Assembly: GCA_009691445.1 (NCBI GenBank)
Contig: SICL01000007.1
Coordinates: 6,916 to 70,915, forward strand
Source: Candidatus Taenariivivens baikalensis
Lineage (GTDB): Bacteria > Omnitrophota > Omnitrophia > Omnitrophales > Aquincolibacteriaceae
Direction of reading: 5' to 3'
DNA: 64,000 nucleotides
The position numbers and the translations under genes are program-made. Of the stretch, positions 20,588-29,760 are shown in pieces (position 1 is the first letter of the stretch; each line of letters starts with the position of its first letter). The notes beneath the pieces are model-generated. The model ran no database searches. It was not told the origin of the DNA and saw nothing but the letters and a program-made list of their open reading frames with translations.

Positions 20588-22399
20588 TTAGATTTTGATC
20601 ACGACGTAGACTAAAATCAGAATAACGGTCAGGATCAATAAAATAGAAATAACATGCTGCATAAATTCAGAGCTTACTTTCTTTTTTTCTGATTCGGCAG
20701 TACTGGCAGGTTGCGTCGAAGCAAAACGGCTTGCCGTGTAAGATCCTTCCGCCTGAGTTTCTTTTTTAACAGGTCCTGAAACATGGATAAATTGAGATTG
20801 GCTTAAATCCACCAAAGAAGTCCGCCTCAGTTTTTTCCCGTTTTCATCGTATTCGATCTGGATCACGGGACTTAAGGGATATTGACGGTTTTGCCTCACA
20901 ACCCGGCCAACTTGTTTATTGCTCAACTCCACATAACTCATCACAGGGTAAAGTCCCACGCGAACCATCAAGGACTTAAGCACAAGACGATCATAAATGC
21001 CACGCCCTGTGTCAATCAGCTGTTTCATGGCGTCATTGACTTCCAGTGGTTTTTTTCGATAGGGCCGCTCATGAATCAAGGCCTCGAAACTGTCGATCAC
21101 GTGAATGATTTTGGCAAAGATGTGAATATCCTGATCCATGAGTCCCTTGGGATATCCTTTCCCGTTACCGATCTCATGGTGATGCATAATAGCCTCCAGA
21201 GCCGTTGTGCTCAAAATATCTTTCAGCATCTCGGCTCCCTTTAAAGGATGATCGAGAATCTCCTTTTCCAGTTGAGGCGTAAGCTTTTTAGGATAATTCA
21301 AGTCTTCACGCACTTTCACAAGCCCCATATCATGCAGAAAGGCTGCCAGCCCAAGGTCCATCATTTCTTCTCGGGAAAAGGAAAATTCAAGGGCAAGAAT
21401 CAGTGCCAGAACCGCCGTATTGACCGCATGATAAGTAAAATGGTTATCTACCGGATAAGGTTCCAGGGCAAGGCGCATAGATTCAAGATCCCGCTTCTGA
21501 ATTAAATCCAGAAACGAATTTAAAATTTCTTTCAGCGGATCCAGGTCCGGAATCCTTCCTTGAGCGGACTGTGCAAAAAGAGGCTCTCCGATAGCTACCA
21601 ATTGATCCCGAAGACTTATTGCCAATGCCTCAGCCTGGGGATCTGCCTGAAGTGCAACTTCAGGGATTGTTTCATCTATTTTTTCAATGGGTTTTAATCC
21701 CGAGAAGGATGGAGGAGGGATCTTTGAGGGCAACTCATTCCGCGCGGGAGGCGCTGGAGAAGAAACGTCCCTTAAAAGCACGGCGACTTCTTCCCTGGAT
21801 TCATCCTTCTTAATCGGAGGCGGAGGCGTCACGAGCTGATCCGAAGGTTGGCTTAACGCCCGCAGGGAGTTTCTTGCGTCGTTCAACTCTTTTTCCCGGA
21901 GATCCAAAAGTTTCTGGAATCCTTGCAAGGTCTGTTTATCTTTCAGGCCTTCAATCTCAAGCGTTTCTTTTATCTTGGCTCTTTCCGCTTCAAAGGCCGC
22001 TGATAAAACTGACTCCATTTGTTTTTTGTATTCGGAAAGCTCCCTGGATCTCTCCTGACGAAGTTTTTCCTGTTCCTGATCAGCTGCCTGTTTCATAAGC
22101 TGTAAACTTTTTTCCTGATCAGCTGATTTCTTTTTCTCTGATTCAAGCCCCTGATGAAAACGGGATTCGAGTTCCTGTCGGGTCTTATCCATTTCCCGCT
22201 GAAACTGCGCCTCCAATTCCTGACGGATTCGCTTCTCAATCAATGTCGCTTCCACCACAAGGGAAAAAGACTCGTCTTGCGATGAACGGAGTTTGGGCTT
22301 GTCTTCTTGTTTTCCAATGATCTTTTCTTCGGGAATAATCTTGGGAACCGGGGGGCTTACATCGACTTTGGGAGCTGCTAAAAAATCAGAAAATCTCAT
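20588..22399 (-). CDS. HD-GYP domain phosphodiesterase-like protein with N-terminal coiled-coil/Pro-rich region and C-terminal TM anchor
   Basis: The HD motif is FLHDMGLVKV and the GYP motif is HHHEIGNGKGYPKGL (N in place of the usual D of HHExxDGxGYP). The extreme C-terminus ISILLILTVILILVYVVIKI is a single predicted TM. The likely start is MRFSDFLAAPK with AAGGA 6 nt upstream. The gene sits between two ExeA-like ATPase genes. Confidence 0.75.
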   Translation of the reverse strand: MRFSDFLAAPKVDVSPPVPKIIPEEKIIGKQEDKPKLRSSQDESFSLVVEATLIEKRIRQELEAQFQREMDKTRQELESRFHQGLESEKKKSADQEKSLQLMKQAADQEQEKLRQERSRELSEYKKQMESVLSAAFEAERAKIKETLEIEGLKDKQTLQGFQKLLDLREKELNDARNSLRALSQPSDQLVTPPPPIKKDESREEVAVLLRDVSSPAPPARNELPSKIPPPSFSGLKPIEKIDETIPEVALQADPQAEALAISLRDQLVAIGEPLFAQSAQGRIPDLDPLKEILNSFLDLIQKRDLESMRLALEPYPVDNHFTYHAVNTAVLALILALEFSFSREEMMDLGLAAFLHDMGLVKVREDLNYPKKLTPQLEKEILDHPLKGAEMLKDILSTTALEAIMHHHEIGNGKGYPKGLMDQDIHIFAKIIHVIDSFEALIHERPYRKKPLEVNDAMKQLIDTGRGIYDRLVLKSLMVRVGLYPVMSYVELSNKQVGRVVRQNRQYPLSPVIQIEYDENGKKLRRTSLVDLSQSQFIHVSGPVKKETQAEGSYTASRFASTQPASTAESEKKKVSSEFMQHVISILLILTVILILVYVVIKI

Positions 22400-22409
22400 T
22401 CCGATCCTT

Positions 22410-23216
22410 TTAAACCGTTTGAGGATCCATAAGCACCTCATTGATAATTTGGGTCGTAATCACCGAAGCCTTCATCCCAAATCCCGTTAAAAGCGCCAAG
22501 TCACAAACCTGATTAATACGCCGGGGAAGTCCTCCCGTAGATTCGTGAATCGTCTTGAAGGAATCTTCGGAAAAAATAGCACGGCTTACTCCCGCCACTT
22601 TCACCCGGTGGAGAATATATTTTTGAGTCTCATCCAGCTTTAGCCCTTTCAAATGAAACCGCACGGCAACCCTTTGATCAAAGGGTTTAAGGTTGGAAAT
22701 TTTTTCCCGGAGTTCCGGCTGTCCCGCCAGAATCAACGTCAGAAGAAATTTATCCCTTTTTTGAAAATTAAGCAGCAATCTTAGTTCCTCAAAAATAGCC
22801 CGGTCCTCAATCAAATGCGCTTCATCCACAATCACAACCACGTGACGGCCTTCGGCATAGTTATCATTAAGAATTTCAGTAAGGCGATGCAGAAGATCAG
22901 TTTTTTGATCTGAAAGATGGTCATGGACTCCCAATTGATAAACGATTTCCTTGAGAAGCTCCACACTGCTTAGCTGGGGATTGAAAATAAAGGCCGTTGT
23001 GTATTTATCACTCTTCAAGACATCAAGGAGGGCTTGAGCGATAAGAGTTTTCCCGGAACCGAAAATACCGGTGAGGACGGCGCATCCCAAGTGAGACTCA
23101 ACCACGTATTTAAGACGCGTCAACGCCTCTTCGTGCTGCTCCGAATAGCACAAAAAACGCGGATCACACGTATTCTGAAACGGTTTTTCTTTGAGACCCC
23201 AGTATTCAAGATACAT
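22410..23216 (-). CDS. ExeA/GspA/MshM-like AAA ATPase, second copy
   Basis: N-terminus MYLEYWGLKEKPFQNTCDPRFLCYSEQHEEALTRLKYVVESHLGCAVLTGIFGSGKTLIAQAL. Walker B is VVVIVDEAH. 268 aa, ATPase domain only. Confidence 0.8.
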   Translation of the reverse strand: MYLEYWGLKEKPFQNTCDPRFLCYSEQHEEALTRLKYVVESHLGCAVLTGIFGSGKTLIAQALLDVLKSDKYTTAFIFNPQLSSVELLKEIVYQLGVHDHLSDQKTDLLHRLTEILNDNYAEGRHVVVIVDEAHLIEDRAIFEELRLLLNFQKRDKFLLTLILAGQPELREKISNLKPFDQRVAVRFHLKGLKLDETQKYILHRVKVAGVSRAIFSEDSFKTIHESTGGLPRRINQVCDLALLTGFGMKASVITTQIINEVLMDPQTV

Positions 23217-23275
23217 AATGTTTAAGTATTATCAGCCTCTAAGAACGATTGTCAATCCCTTCATCCAACAAAACC

Positions 23276-23338
23276 GTCATCGCGAACCCCGCAGGCCGTG
23301 GCGATCTCTCTAGATTGCTTCGCTTCACTCGCAATGAC
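23276..23338. repeat. Nested palindromic intergenic repeat, copy R1 (GTCATCGCGAA...TAGATTGCTTCGCTTCACTCGCAATGAC)
   Basis: Read directly from the sequence. The outer arms gtcatcgcgaa / ctcgcaatgac are reverse-complementary (2 mismatches). It shares the right-half box AGATTGCTTCG..CTCGCAATGAC with copies R3a and R6. Confidence 0.75.
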
Positions 23339-23351
23339 GAGAATAAGTTGA

Positions 23352-24419
23352 TTAATTGAAATCATCCGGATTTTTTTGCTGTTTATTACGAATCGCAAAC
23401 TCCATCAAAATGACAATTAAAAAAGCAATCGTAACAAATTGAACACATAACATGATCGCCTCAATTTTTAGCACATAACGCATCGCCACGGCCCCCATCC
23501 CCAACGCCAGCATCACAAAATAAGTGAAAAAGAGCGCTTGCCTTTGTGACATCCCGAGGGCCAAAAGCCGGTGGGAAAAATGATCCTTGGCGCTGAAAGT
23601 AACAATCTGGCGGATGCCTTTGGTCATTTTGTGAAACTTCCGACGGACCACCACGTACATAAGATCAAAAACCGGAAGCCCCAAGATAAAAACCGGCACC
23701 GCAATGGCTTTGAAAGGATTCGTCGACCAGGCCCCCATCACACTGATCGCGGCCAAACTATATCCCAAAAAGAAACTCCCCGCGTCTCCCATAAAAATAG
23801 AGGCTGGGGGAAAATTGTAAAAAAGAAACCCGATACAGCTTCCCATCAGGGCCACGGAAAGAGCGCCCCAGCTCCATTGTCCATTTTGAACTGCGACATA
23901 CGCATAAGCGAGTGACGCGAAAAATGTCAGGCCCGTGGCAAGCCCGTCCATATGATCGATCGCATTAAAAGCGCTGGTAACACCTACAATCCAGAACAGC
24001 GTCAAAACAAAGTTGATCCAGAAAAATCCGGGAACCAGATTTAGAAGCACCCCTTTATGCGCCAGGAAAATGGTAATACTAAAAAGGACTAACAGTTTTA
24101 AGGCGGCCGGCACCGAACGCAGATCATCCAGAATTCCAACAATCAGAGCGCAGGTTGCCCCCAAAATAAGGCCCTTTTGCTGATGTGTCAGAGATCCCGT
24201 GAGGATAAGACTGAATAAAAATCCAAAAAAAATCCCCACTCCGCCGAGACGGGGAGTGGGCTTGCTGTGAATCTTGATGTTGGAAGGGAAATCCACGGCC
24301 CCGGCCTTAATGGCAAGCCACCGGATGAACGGCGTTAGCACCGAAGTAATCACCACCGCAATAAAAAAAATCTTAACATAAAGCTCCTTCCAATGAAAAG
24401 GGTCCACTGAGGAAGTCAT
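23352..24419 (-). CDS. Polyprenol-phosphate N-acetylhexosamine-1-phosphate transferase, WecA/MraY family (GT4)
   Basis: A multi-TM protein with the family-diagnostic motif AFNAIDHMDGLATG, plus DDLRSV and a basic cytoplasmic loop VVRRKFHKMTKG. Confidence 0.75.
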   Translation of the reverse strand: MTSSVDPFHWKELYVKIFFIAVVITSVLTPFIRWLAIKAGAVDFPSNIKIHSKPTPRLGGVGIFFGFLFSLILTGSLTHQQKGLILGATCALIVGILDDLRSVPAALKLLVLFSITIFLAHKGVLLNLVPGFFWINFVLTLFWIVGVTSAFNAIDHMDGLATGLTFFASLAYAYVAVQNGQWSWGALSVALMGSCIGFLFYNFPPASIFMGDAGSFFLGYSLAAISVMGAWSTNPFKAIAVPVFILGLPVFDLMYVVVRRKFHKMTKGIRQIVTFSAKDHFSHRLLALGMSQRQALFFTYFVMLALGMGAVAMRYVLKIEAIMLCVQFVTIAFLIVILMEFAIRNKQQKNPDDFN

Positions 24420-25125
24420 AAATTCACCTTCTTCCTGCCGAGAAGGATATCGAGACTTTCTCCCCCGTAATTGAAAAGCAAATCGATAGCAGACAGGTTT
24501 GGAACAAACTCTCCGAACTGCTGGTGATAAACGGGATGATCAAATTCCTGGTAAAGAGAGCGGATCTTCCGCGCGGAAAATTTCGTTTCATCCGCGTAAT
24601 CTTTCCCGTGTTTTCCATGAAGATATTGATCCGCGCCTGTCTTCTCACACATATCCAGAATGAGTTCGTCCCCTTTGCCTGAGGCGCCGATTTCCGAAGC
24701 CTTTTTGACAGGTCGGTCAATCCCAAAAGACTTCAGCAGATAAAGAATAAAATGGCAGCTCAAATCACAAAAATTTTCCCAAGAACGTTTCATGTACATC
24801 TCTTCAAAAAAATCCGCGTATTTATAAAAATAGGGCGTCTTTCCGTAATTCACAAGAAGACTCTTCCAATGCTTACGGCCCCAGGGAAGCTCAGGATTAA
24901 TCAAAGTCTCCATAATTTTTTGCTCAAACTTGCCTTTAACCAAAACAGGCACTGAAAGCCATTGGGGACCGGTTGCGGTCTTGATGCGGTTACGACTCAC
25001 CCAACCAAACGGTCCTCGCTTCACATACTGGACATTGTCAACGATGACGAAGAGATCCGAATGATAAACCTTGTGAAAAAAACCCAAGTAGGGGAGATAG
25101 TTAGGCTGATGTCCGGTGAGGATCA
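24416..25125 (-). CDS. WbqC-like family protein (polysaccharide biosynthesis)
   Basis: The family start motif is MILTGHQPNYLPYLGFFHKV. The longer ORF-track N-terminus (MCHCVIAIAASPPRLGTRNDKPNG...) is a read-through translation of repeat R2 and is rejected. Confidence 0.65.
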
Positions 25126-25213
25126 TAGTTTTATTCGACCAAGTATCACTGTTTTGTCGGTTGAGATTGCCGCGTCGTCCTGAGGGACTCCTCGCCATGA
25201 CACCGTTTGGTTT

Positions 25214-25268
25214 GTCATTGCGAGTCCCGAGCCTTGGCGGAGACGCGGCAATCGCAATGACACAATGA
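25214..25268. repeat. Nested palindromic intergenic repeat, short copy R2 (GTCATTGCGAGTCCCGAGCCTTGGCGGAGACGCGGCAATCGCAATGAC) followed by ACAATGAC duplication
   Basis: Read directly from the sequence. It shares the GGCGGAGACGCGGCAATC box with copy R3b. Confidence 0.75.
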
Positions 25269-25295
25269 CACAATGAACCCGCCTATTTTCATATT

Positions 25296-26054
25296 TTAAA
25301 CCACTTGCCGGTAAAGCATATAGGCTTCACACGCTTTGCGTCCGACTTCGCGTCCCCTGGCACAGGCTAAATCCTCCACACTTTCGAGACTGCAAGGATC
25401 CCGTGAATCCCGTTTTTGCGAAGCATAAGCCTGTACCGCTTTGAGCTTAAGATCAAGATAAACAGAAATATCTACGTAAAAATTAGGATGAAATCCGCGG
25501 TCCGGAGTATTCCAGGTAAGCGTCGGGCTGTCATAGACAAGCACCACATCGGGACTGTGCTTCAGCCCTCCCGCATGAATGCGCAGCGCCGTAAAGCAGG
25601 CGTCAAAAACGGCACGGTGATCCTGATTGTAGGAAGGCGCAGGAATCATCACAATATCAGGTTTGATCCGGTCCAAAGAAAGGCGGCTTTTACTTTCAAG
25701 CTGTGCGATTAACTCAAACTGCGGAACAGCATCCAGCTTCATATGTTTTTTGTGATCCACATAAATCACATCGTGATCTTTCCATTTAAGAAGGGCGGCT
25801 ACTTTCTCGATTTCCTGTAAACGCTCATCCCCTTTGACGACTCCCCGTTTTTCATAAAACTTCAGATCGCTCACGGAAAAAAAGATGACATACACTTGAG
25901 CGCCAAGATCCTGGGCCTTGGCCAAAGTCCCCGCGCATCCGAACACTTCATCGTCCGGATGGGGAGACACGAGGAGAACTCGTTTTCCTTTCCAGAACTG
26001 AGTTTCGATTTCCAAAGACGGCACGGATTTACGGCGAGATTCTTTTTTCATCAT
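25296..26054 (-). CDS. PIG-L/LmbE family N-acetylglucosaminyl deacetylase
   Basis: Has the RVLLVSPHPDDEVFGCAGTL motif (HPDDE zinc site) and is ~250 aa. Confidence 0.75.
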   Translation of the reverse strand: MMKKESRRKSVPSLEIETQFWKGKRVLLVSPHPDDEVFGCAGTLAKAQDLGAQVYVIFFSVSDLKFYEKRGVVKGDERLQEIEKVAALLKWKDHDVIYVDHKKHMKLDAVPQFELIAQLESKSRLSLDRIKPDIVMIPAPSYNQDHRAVFDACFTALRIHAGGLKHSPDVVLVYDSPTLTWNTPDRGFHPNFYVDISVYLDLKLKAVQAYASQKRDSRDPCSLESVEDLACARGREVGRKACEAYMLYRQVV

Positions 26055-26058
26055 AACC

Positions 26059-27936
26059 TCAAGAATGGGGCGAGCTATTTGCCTTGATCATCGCTAAAAA
26101 CTTTTTTGCATTTTCATGCTTTGCATCAATATCCAAAGCAGTTTTCAAGGACCTCATCGCCTGCTCCATCTTACCCGTCTGCATATACAGCAAACCGATA
26201 AAGGCGTGCGTGTCCGCATCTTTCCATTGAAGATTCAAGGACGAATTAAATTCATCCAGGGCCTCGGCATATCTTTTTTGATTGAGATACGTAATCCCGA
26301 TGTTCCGATGCAGCGTTACGGCCAAATCATCGCGCGGCGCATAGCGAATCCCCTCTTTAGCCGCCTGGACCGCTTCATCATTCTTTCCCAGCCCCGCATA
26401 AGCCTGAGCAAGAAAGGCATAAAGGTACGGATCATCTTTCCTGTATCGTAAACCCTCCCGGATTTCTTTAATCGCCGCCTCATGCTTTCCAAGACGTAAA
26501 TAGACCTGAGCGAGATTAGGATGCAGCTCCGGAACCTTGGGATCCAGCTCTCTGGATTTCTCAAGCTCCCTCTCGGCATCTTCATAACGGTTCAAATTAA
26601 TAAAGGCCGCGCCCAAATTCAGGCGGATAGCTGACTCCGAGATTTCATTCATCATCGTCGATCCATCGCCATTCCCAGAAGAGGTCGCGGGCACGGGATT
26701 CATTTTTTTTCGTAAGGCCTTTTCAAGACATTCCACGGCCTTAGGATACTGTTTACTTTTAAGATAAGCGACCCCGAGATTGCTTAAGGTCGTCATATCT
26801 TCCGGATCTTTTGCCACCAGCTTTTCCAGCTCAGTCACGCCGCGATCCAAGTCATTTCTTTCGAGATAAGCGAGCGCCAAATTCCCTTGAAGAATACGGT
26901 TATCCGAATCAGCACTGAGCCCCTTCAACCAGTTAAAAATCGCAAGATCTGTATTTCCCTGCTGATAATACGCCACTCCAAGATAATTCAGGGTATCCGC
27001 CAGCATTTTCTTTTGGCTCGGAAGCACAAAATGAGCAATGGCACTGCCAAGTTCACGCACGGCAAGCGCATAACGTCCGGCTTGGTAATAAATATTTCCA
27101 AGCTCGAAATGAATATGCGGATTTTCATAGCGGTACTGCAGCGCTTCTTCCCAAATAGAAATCGCTTTTGCTTCCTGTTTGCGGGCTTGATAAAATTTTC
27201 CCAGTTGATAATAAAAATCACTGTGAGGATTTTGGCGGATTTTTTTTTCGTAAATATCAACAACCTTATCCACGCTTTCTCCAGATAAAGATTCCATCCC
27301 TTTTTGAAAATCCACACCTTGAGTGGCCGTCACAATCTGCTCATTGGCTTCATCCAGCATCAGAACTGGCTGAGCCGGAACCGACGAGTGCATGATGGCA
27401 TCCGGATCCGTGATATGGATGCCACCAAAAAGATGGGTGATCTCATGAGCCAGCACCACCTGTTCGCGCGTACTTCCCAAGGCTGCAAAAGGATCCCGGA
27501 TCACGACAAACCCGCGAAAATATTGGGCGGAGCCTACCGTATCCACGTCCGCCACTTTATCATCCCGAAAGGGCTGGCTCATTTTATGAAACCCAATCAC
27601 AATCTGATCCTTACCAAGCGGAATAAAGCTACGCAACTCTTCCATCAAAAGATCGGTCTCACGGGTTTCGTCCTGAGGTTCCCAATTAATGTATTGGACC
27701 ACTTTGAAGTGAACGTTGAAATGCGGTTCAAAAATCTGATTCACAAAGATAATGCGGTCGCGGATATCTTTTTCCCACTCGACAGCGCTCTGGAATGTCG
27801 GCGAAGAAGCAACCTTAACTTCGATTTCCCGGTGCGGAAGTTCGGAGGCAAAGACTGTATAGGGGAAAAAGAAAAGCGAAAATAACAGAAGTCTAAACGC
27901 AATTTCATAAGTAGCTGTAAATTCTTTATCGGTCAT
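26059..27936 (-). CDS. Secreted metzincin-type zinc metalloprotease domain fused to C-terminal TPR repeats
   Basis: The likely start is MTDKEFTATYEIAFRLLLFSLFFFPYTVFAS (signal peptide). It carries the metzincin signature HEITHLFGGIH (HExxHxxGxxH) with a downstream Met-turn-like AIMHSS, followed by more than 8 TPR-like repeats (YYQLGKFYQARKQEAKAISIWEEAL..., NPHIHFELGNIYYQAGRYALA...). Confidence 0.7.
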   Translation of the reverse strand: MTDKEFTATYEIAFRLLLFSLFFFPYTVFASELPHREIEVKVASSPTFQSAVEWEKDIRDRIIFVNQIFEPHFNVHFKVVQYINWEPQDETRETDLLMEELRSFIPLGKDQIVIGFHKMSQPFRDDKVADVDTVGSAQYFRGFVVIRDPFAALGSTREQVVLAHEITHLFGGIHITDPDAIMHSSVPAQPVLMLDEANEQIVTATQGVDFQKGMESLSGESVDKVVDIYEKKIRQNPHSDFYYQLGKFYQARKQEAKAISIWEEALQYRYENPHIHFELGNIYYQAGRYALAVRELGSAIAHFVLPSQKKMLADTLNYLGVAYYQQGNTDLAIFNWLKGLSADSDNRILQGNLALAYLERNDLDRGVTELEKLVAKDPEDMTTLSNLGVAYLKSKQYPKAVECLEKALRKKMNPVPATSSGNGDGSTMMNEISESAIRLNLGAAFINLNRYEDAERELEKSRELDPKVPELHPNLAQVYLRLGKHEAAIKEIREGLRYRKDDPYLYAFLAQAYAGLGKNDEAVQAAKEGIRYAPRDDLAVTLHRNIGITYLNQKRYAEALDEFNSSLNLQWKDADTHAFIGLLYMQTGKMEQAMRSLKTALDIDAKHENAKKFLAMIKANSSPHS

Positions 27937-28176
27937 TGTGAGGAGTCCCGCAGGACGACGCGGCAATCCCAGGGCACAACCCGAGATTGCTTCGCTTTGC
28001 TCGCAATGACCAACGGAAAGACATCCTGTAATAAGACGGGGGTTTTGTCATTGCGAGTCCCGCACTTGGGCGGAGACGCGGCAATCTCTGGGCGAACAAC
28101 CCGAGATTGTCCGCCACAAAATCTTCGGACGGATCCGCCGTGCTTTCTGGCGGACTTCGCTGCGGCTCGCAATGGC
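27932..28176. repeat. Composite locus with two (plus a partial third) copies of the nested palindromic repeat (R3a 27932-28010; R3b 28047-~28176)
   Basis: R3a: GTCATTGTGAGGAGTCCCGCAGGACGACGCGGCAATCCCAGGGCACAACCCGAGATTGCTTCGCTTTGCTCGCAATGAC. Its left arm contains the ATG (rc CAT 27934-36) of the metzincin-TPR gene. R3b: GTCATTGCGAGTCCCGCACTTGGGCGGAGACGCGGCAATCTCTGGGCGAACAACCCGAGATTGTCCGCC ... GCTCGCAATGGC. Confidence 0.75.
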
Positions 28177-28209
28177 GTGCGTGAGTGGAGGTTTATGATG
28201 AAACCGCTT

Positions 28210-29739
28210 CTAAGTCGTTGCAAGACCTTGAGTCCCCTGAGTTTCATTGCGAAGCAATTGCTGAAGATAACTCAGTTGATTGGGGGTGCTGTTCACGGGA
28301 AGTGTATTCAAGTGCTGGGTTAAAGCCTGCACATCCGTATAACTATACTGGCCCAGCAGTTTCAGATAGGCTGCTACCACCTTGGGATCTTCCGGCTCTC
28401 CCAGGGTTTCAGCCATTGCCCTCGCACGTTCGAAATCCGTATCACCAAATTGATCACGAAAACGGCTCCAAGTATCAAGACGCTCTGAAAGTGTGGGGAT
28501 CTCGTTGATTAGGTAGCGGTATTCCAGAATATCCGCCCCGACATAACCGCTTCCCTGCCGCAAATTAAAAGGAAAAATCTCAACCAGATTCTGGCGTCTC
28601 AATTCATCCACTGCCAGGCGGAATTGTTCCCGGGGTATCGGGAAATCCTTTTCCACATTGCGCTCAGAACCCACCCAGACCGGTGATTCCCCACTCATCT
28701 GAAGACGGTAGCGAATGACGAAATAAGCATAGATGGCACGCGCTGAAAAGTCTTTGACGTAATTTTCATGAAAGAGAGTAAGTGACACCTGAACATTAGG
28801 AGTCAGCACCACCGGCAATTTAAGCGTCAGTTCAGGATGGGACGGATCTTCCCCTTGGATCGTCAGAAGTTTATATTGATTTGAAAGCCGCCGAAGCACT
28901 TCATCCACCTGATGATCCAGAGCCATGCGATCAATGGTTCGGTCGGATGGAATACGGTGGCTCAGTTCCTCCAGAGAAACCTTAAGCGTGTTTTGATGCG
29001 CTTCATAAAACTTTTCCAGAAGAAAAAGATAAATCTTGATGGCATCCCCGTCATCACTGCTGACCATCCCTGGAAAATACTTCACATCCTGTAAAAGAAA
29101 AACCGGCACTGCGAGTTCACCCACAGTCCGGGATTCTTTTTCCACCTTAAGATCCCAGAGCGGAAAAAATTCCATACGTGTTCTCTTCTTCTGCGCCAGC
29201 GATAGGGAATAACTCAGGGATGCGGAACCCAGCCCCTCCGTCAAATTTTCATGTGACCACGCCGGGCCTCCTTCCAGGACCATCGCTTCGTCCACCACAG
29301 CCAATTGATCGGATAACCGGTATTTGGGATTCACAAAATGAATTTGCATGCCTTCTTTTTCCAGATAGGCCAGCTTGTCTTCTCGTAAAAAAAGGGATTG
29401 ATCTGAGGCTTCGTCAGTAAAGGTATTCAAAAACATCCTGACCCTGACTCCTCGTTTGACCGCACTGACAAGATCCTCCAGTAAAATATTCACCGCATCC
29501 TTTTTTTCGTCGCGGATAACGATTTGAGTCAGACTGATATCAATTTGCTTGCGGGAAAAATTAAAAAGCTCGCGCAATTTGCTCATATACTGACGGTCGC
29601 TGACATCAATCACGCCGGATCCAGAATGAATTTTTTCCGCACTTTGAGAAGAAATCGGGACAAGAATAGGCGCTGCGCTCAAGGCCGGGATTTCAAAAAT
29701 CAGGGCCAGGAGAATGCCCCCGAGACTGATTCGATTCAT
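28210..29739 (-). CDS. Hypothetical secreted protein (~509 aa), no recognised domain
   Basis: The likely start is MNRISLGGILLALIFEIPALSAAP (signal peptide) with GGAGG 6 nt upstream; the ORF-track GTG start is 7 codons earlier. Repeats R3 and R4 flank it on either side. Confidence 0.5.
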   Translation of the reverse strand: MNRISLGGILLALIFEIPALSAAPILVPISSQSAEKIHSGSGVIDVSDRQYMSKLRELFNFSRKQIDISLTQIVIRDEKKDAVNILLEDLVSAVKRGVRVRMFLNTFTDEASDQSLFLREDKLAYLEKEGMQIHFVNPKYRLSDQLAVVDEAMVLEGGPAWSHENLTEGLGSASLSYSLSLAQKKRTRMEFFPLWDLKVEKESRTVGELAVPVFLLQDVKYFPGMVSSDDGDAIKIYLFLLEKFYEAHQNTLKVSLEELSHRIPSDRTIDRMALDHQVDEVLRRLSNQYKLLTIQGEDPSHPELTLKLPVVLTPNVQVSLTLFHENYVKDFSARAIYAYFVIRYRLQMSGESPVWVGSERNVEKDFPIPREQFRLAVDELRRQNLVEIFPFNLRQGSGYVGADILEYRYLINEIPTLSERLDTWSRFRDQFGDTDFERARAMAETLGEPEDPKVVAAYLKLLGQYSYTDVQALTQHLNTLPVNSTPNQLSYLQQLLRNETQGTQGLATT

Positions 29740-29760
29740 TGTAAACCTCCGCTCACCCAC

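Noticed and set aside
24416-25273. Long N-terminal extension of the WbqC-like ORF (MCHCVIAIAASPPRLGTRNDKPNG...) and the similar extensions/ORFs 27933..28247 - and 27997..28323 +
   Set aside because: These are read-through translations of the palindromic intergenic repeat copies R2 and R3. The protein-family start motif MILTGHQPNYL lies downstream of the extension, and the repeat recurs in non-coding contexts.
28210-29739. Considered a phospholipase-D/HKD or nuclease identity for the 509-aa secreted protein
   Set aside because: No HxKxxxxD pair or other catalytic signature could be found by eye; it is left as hypothetical.
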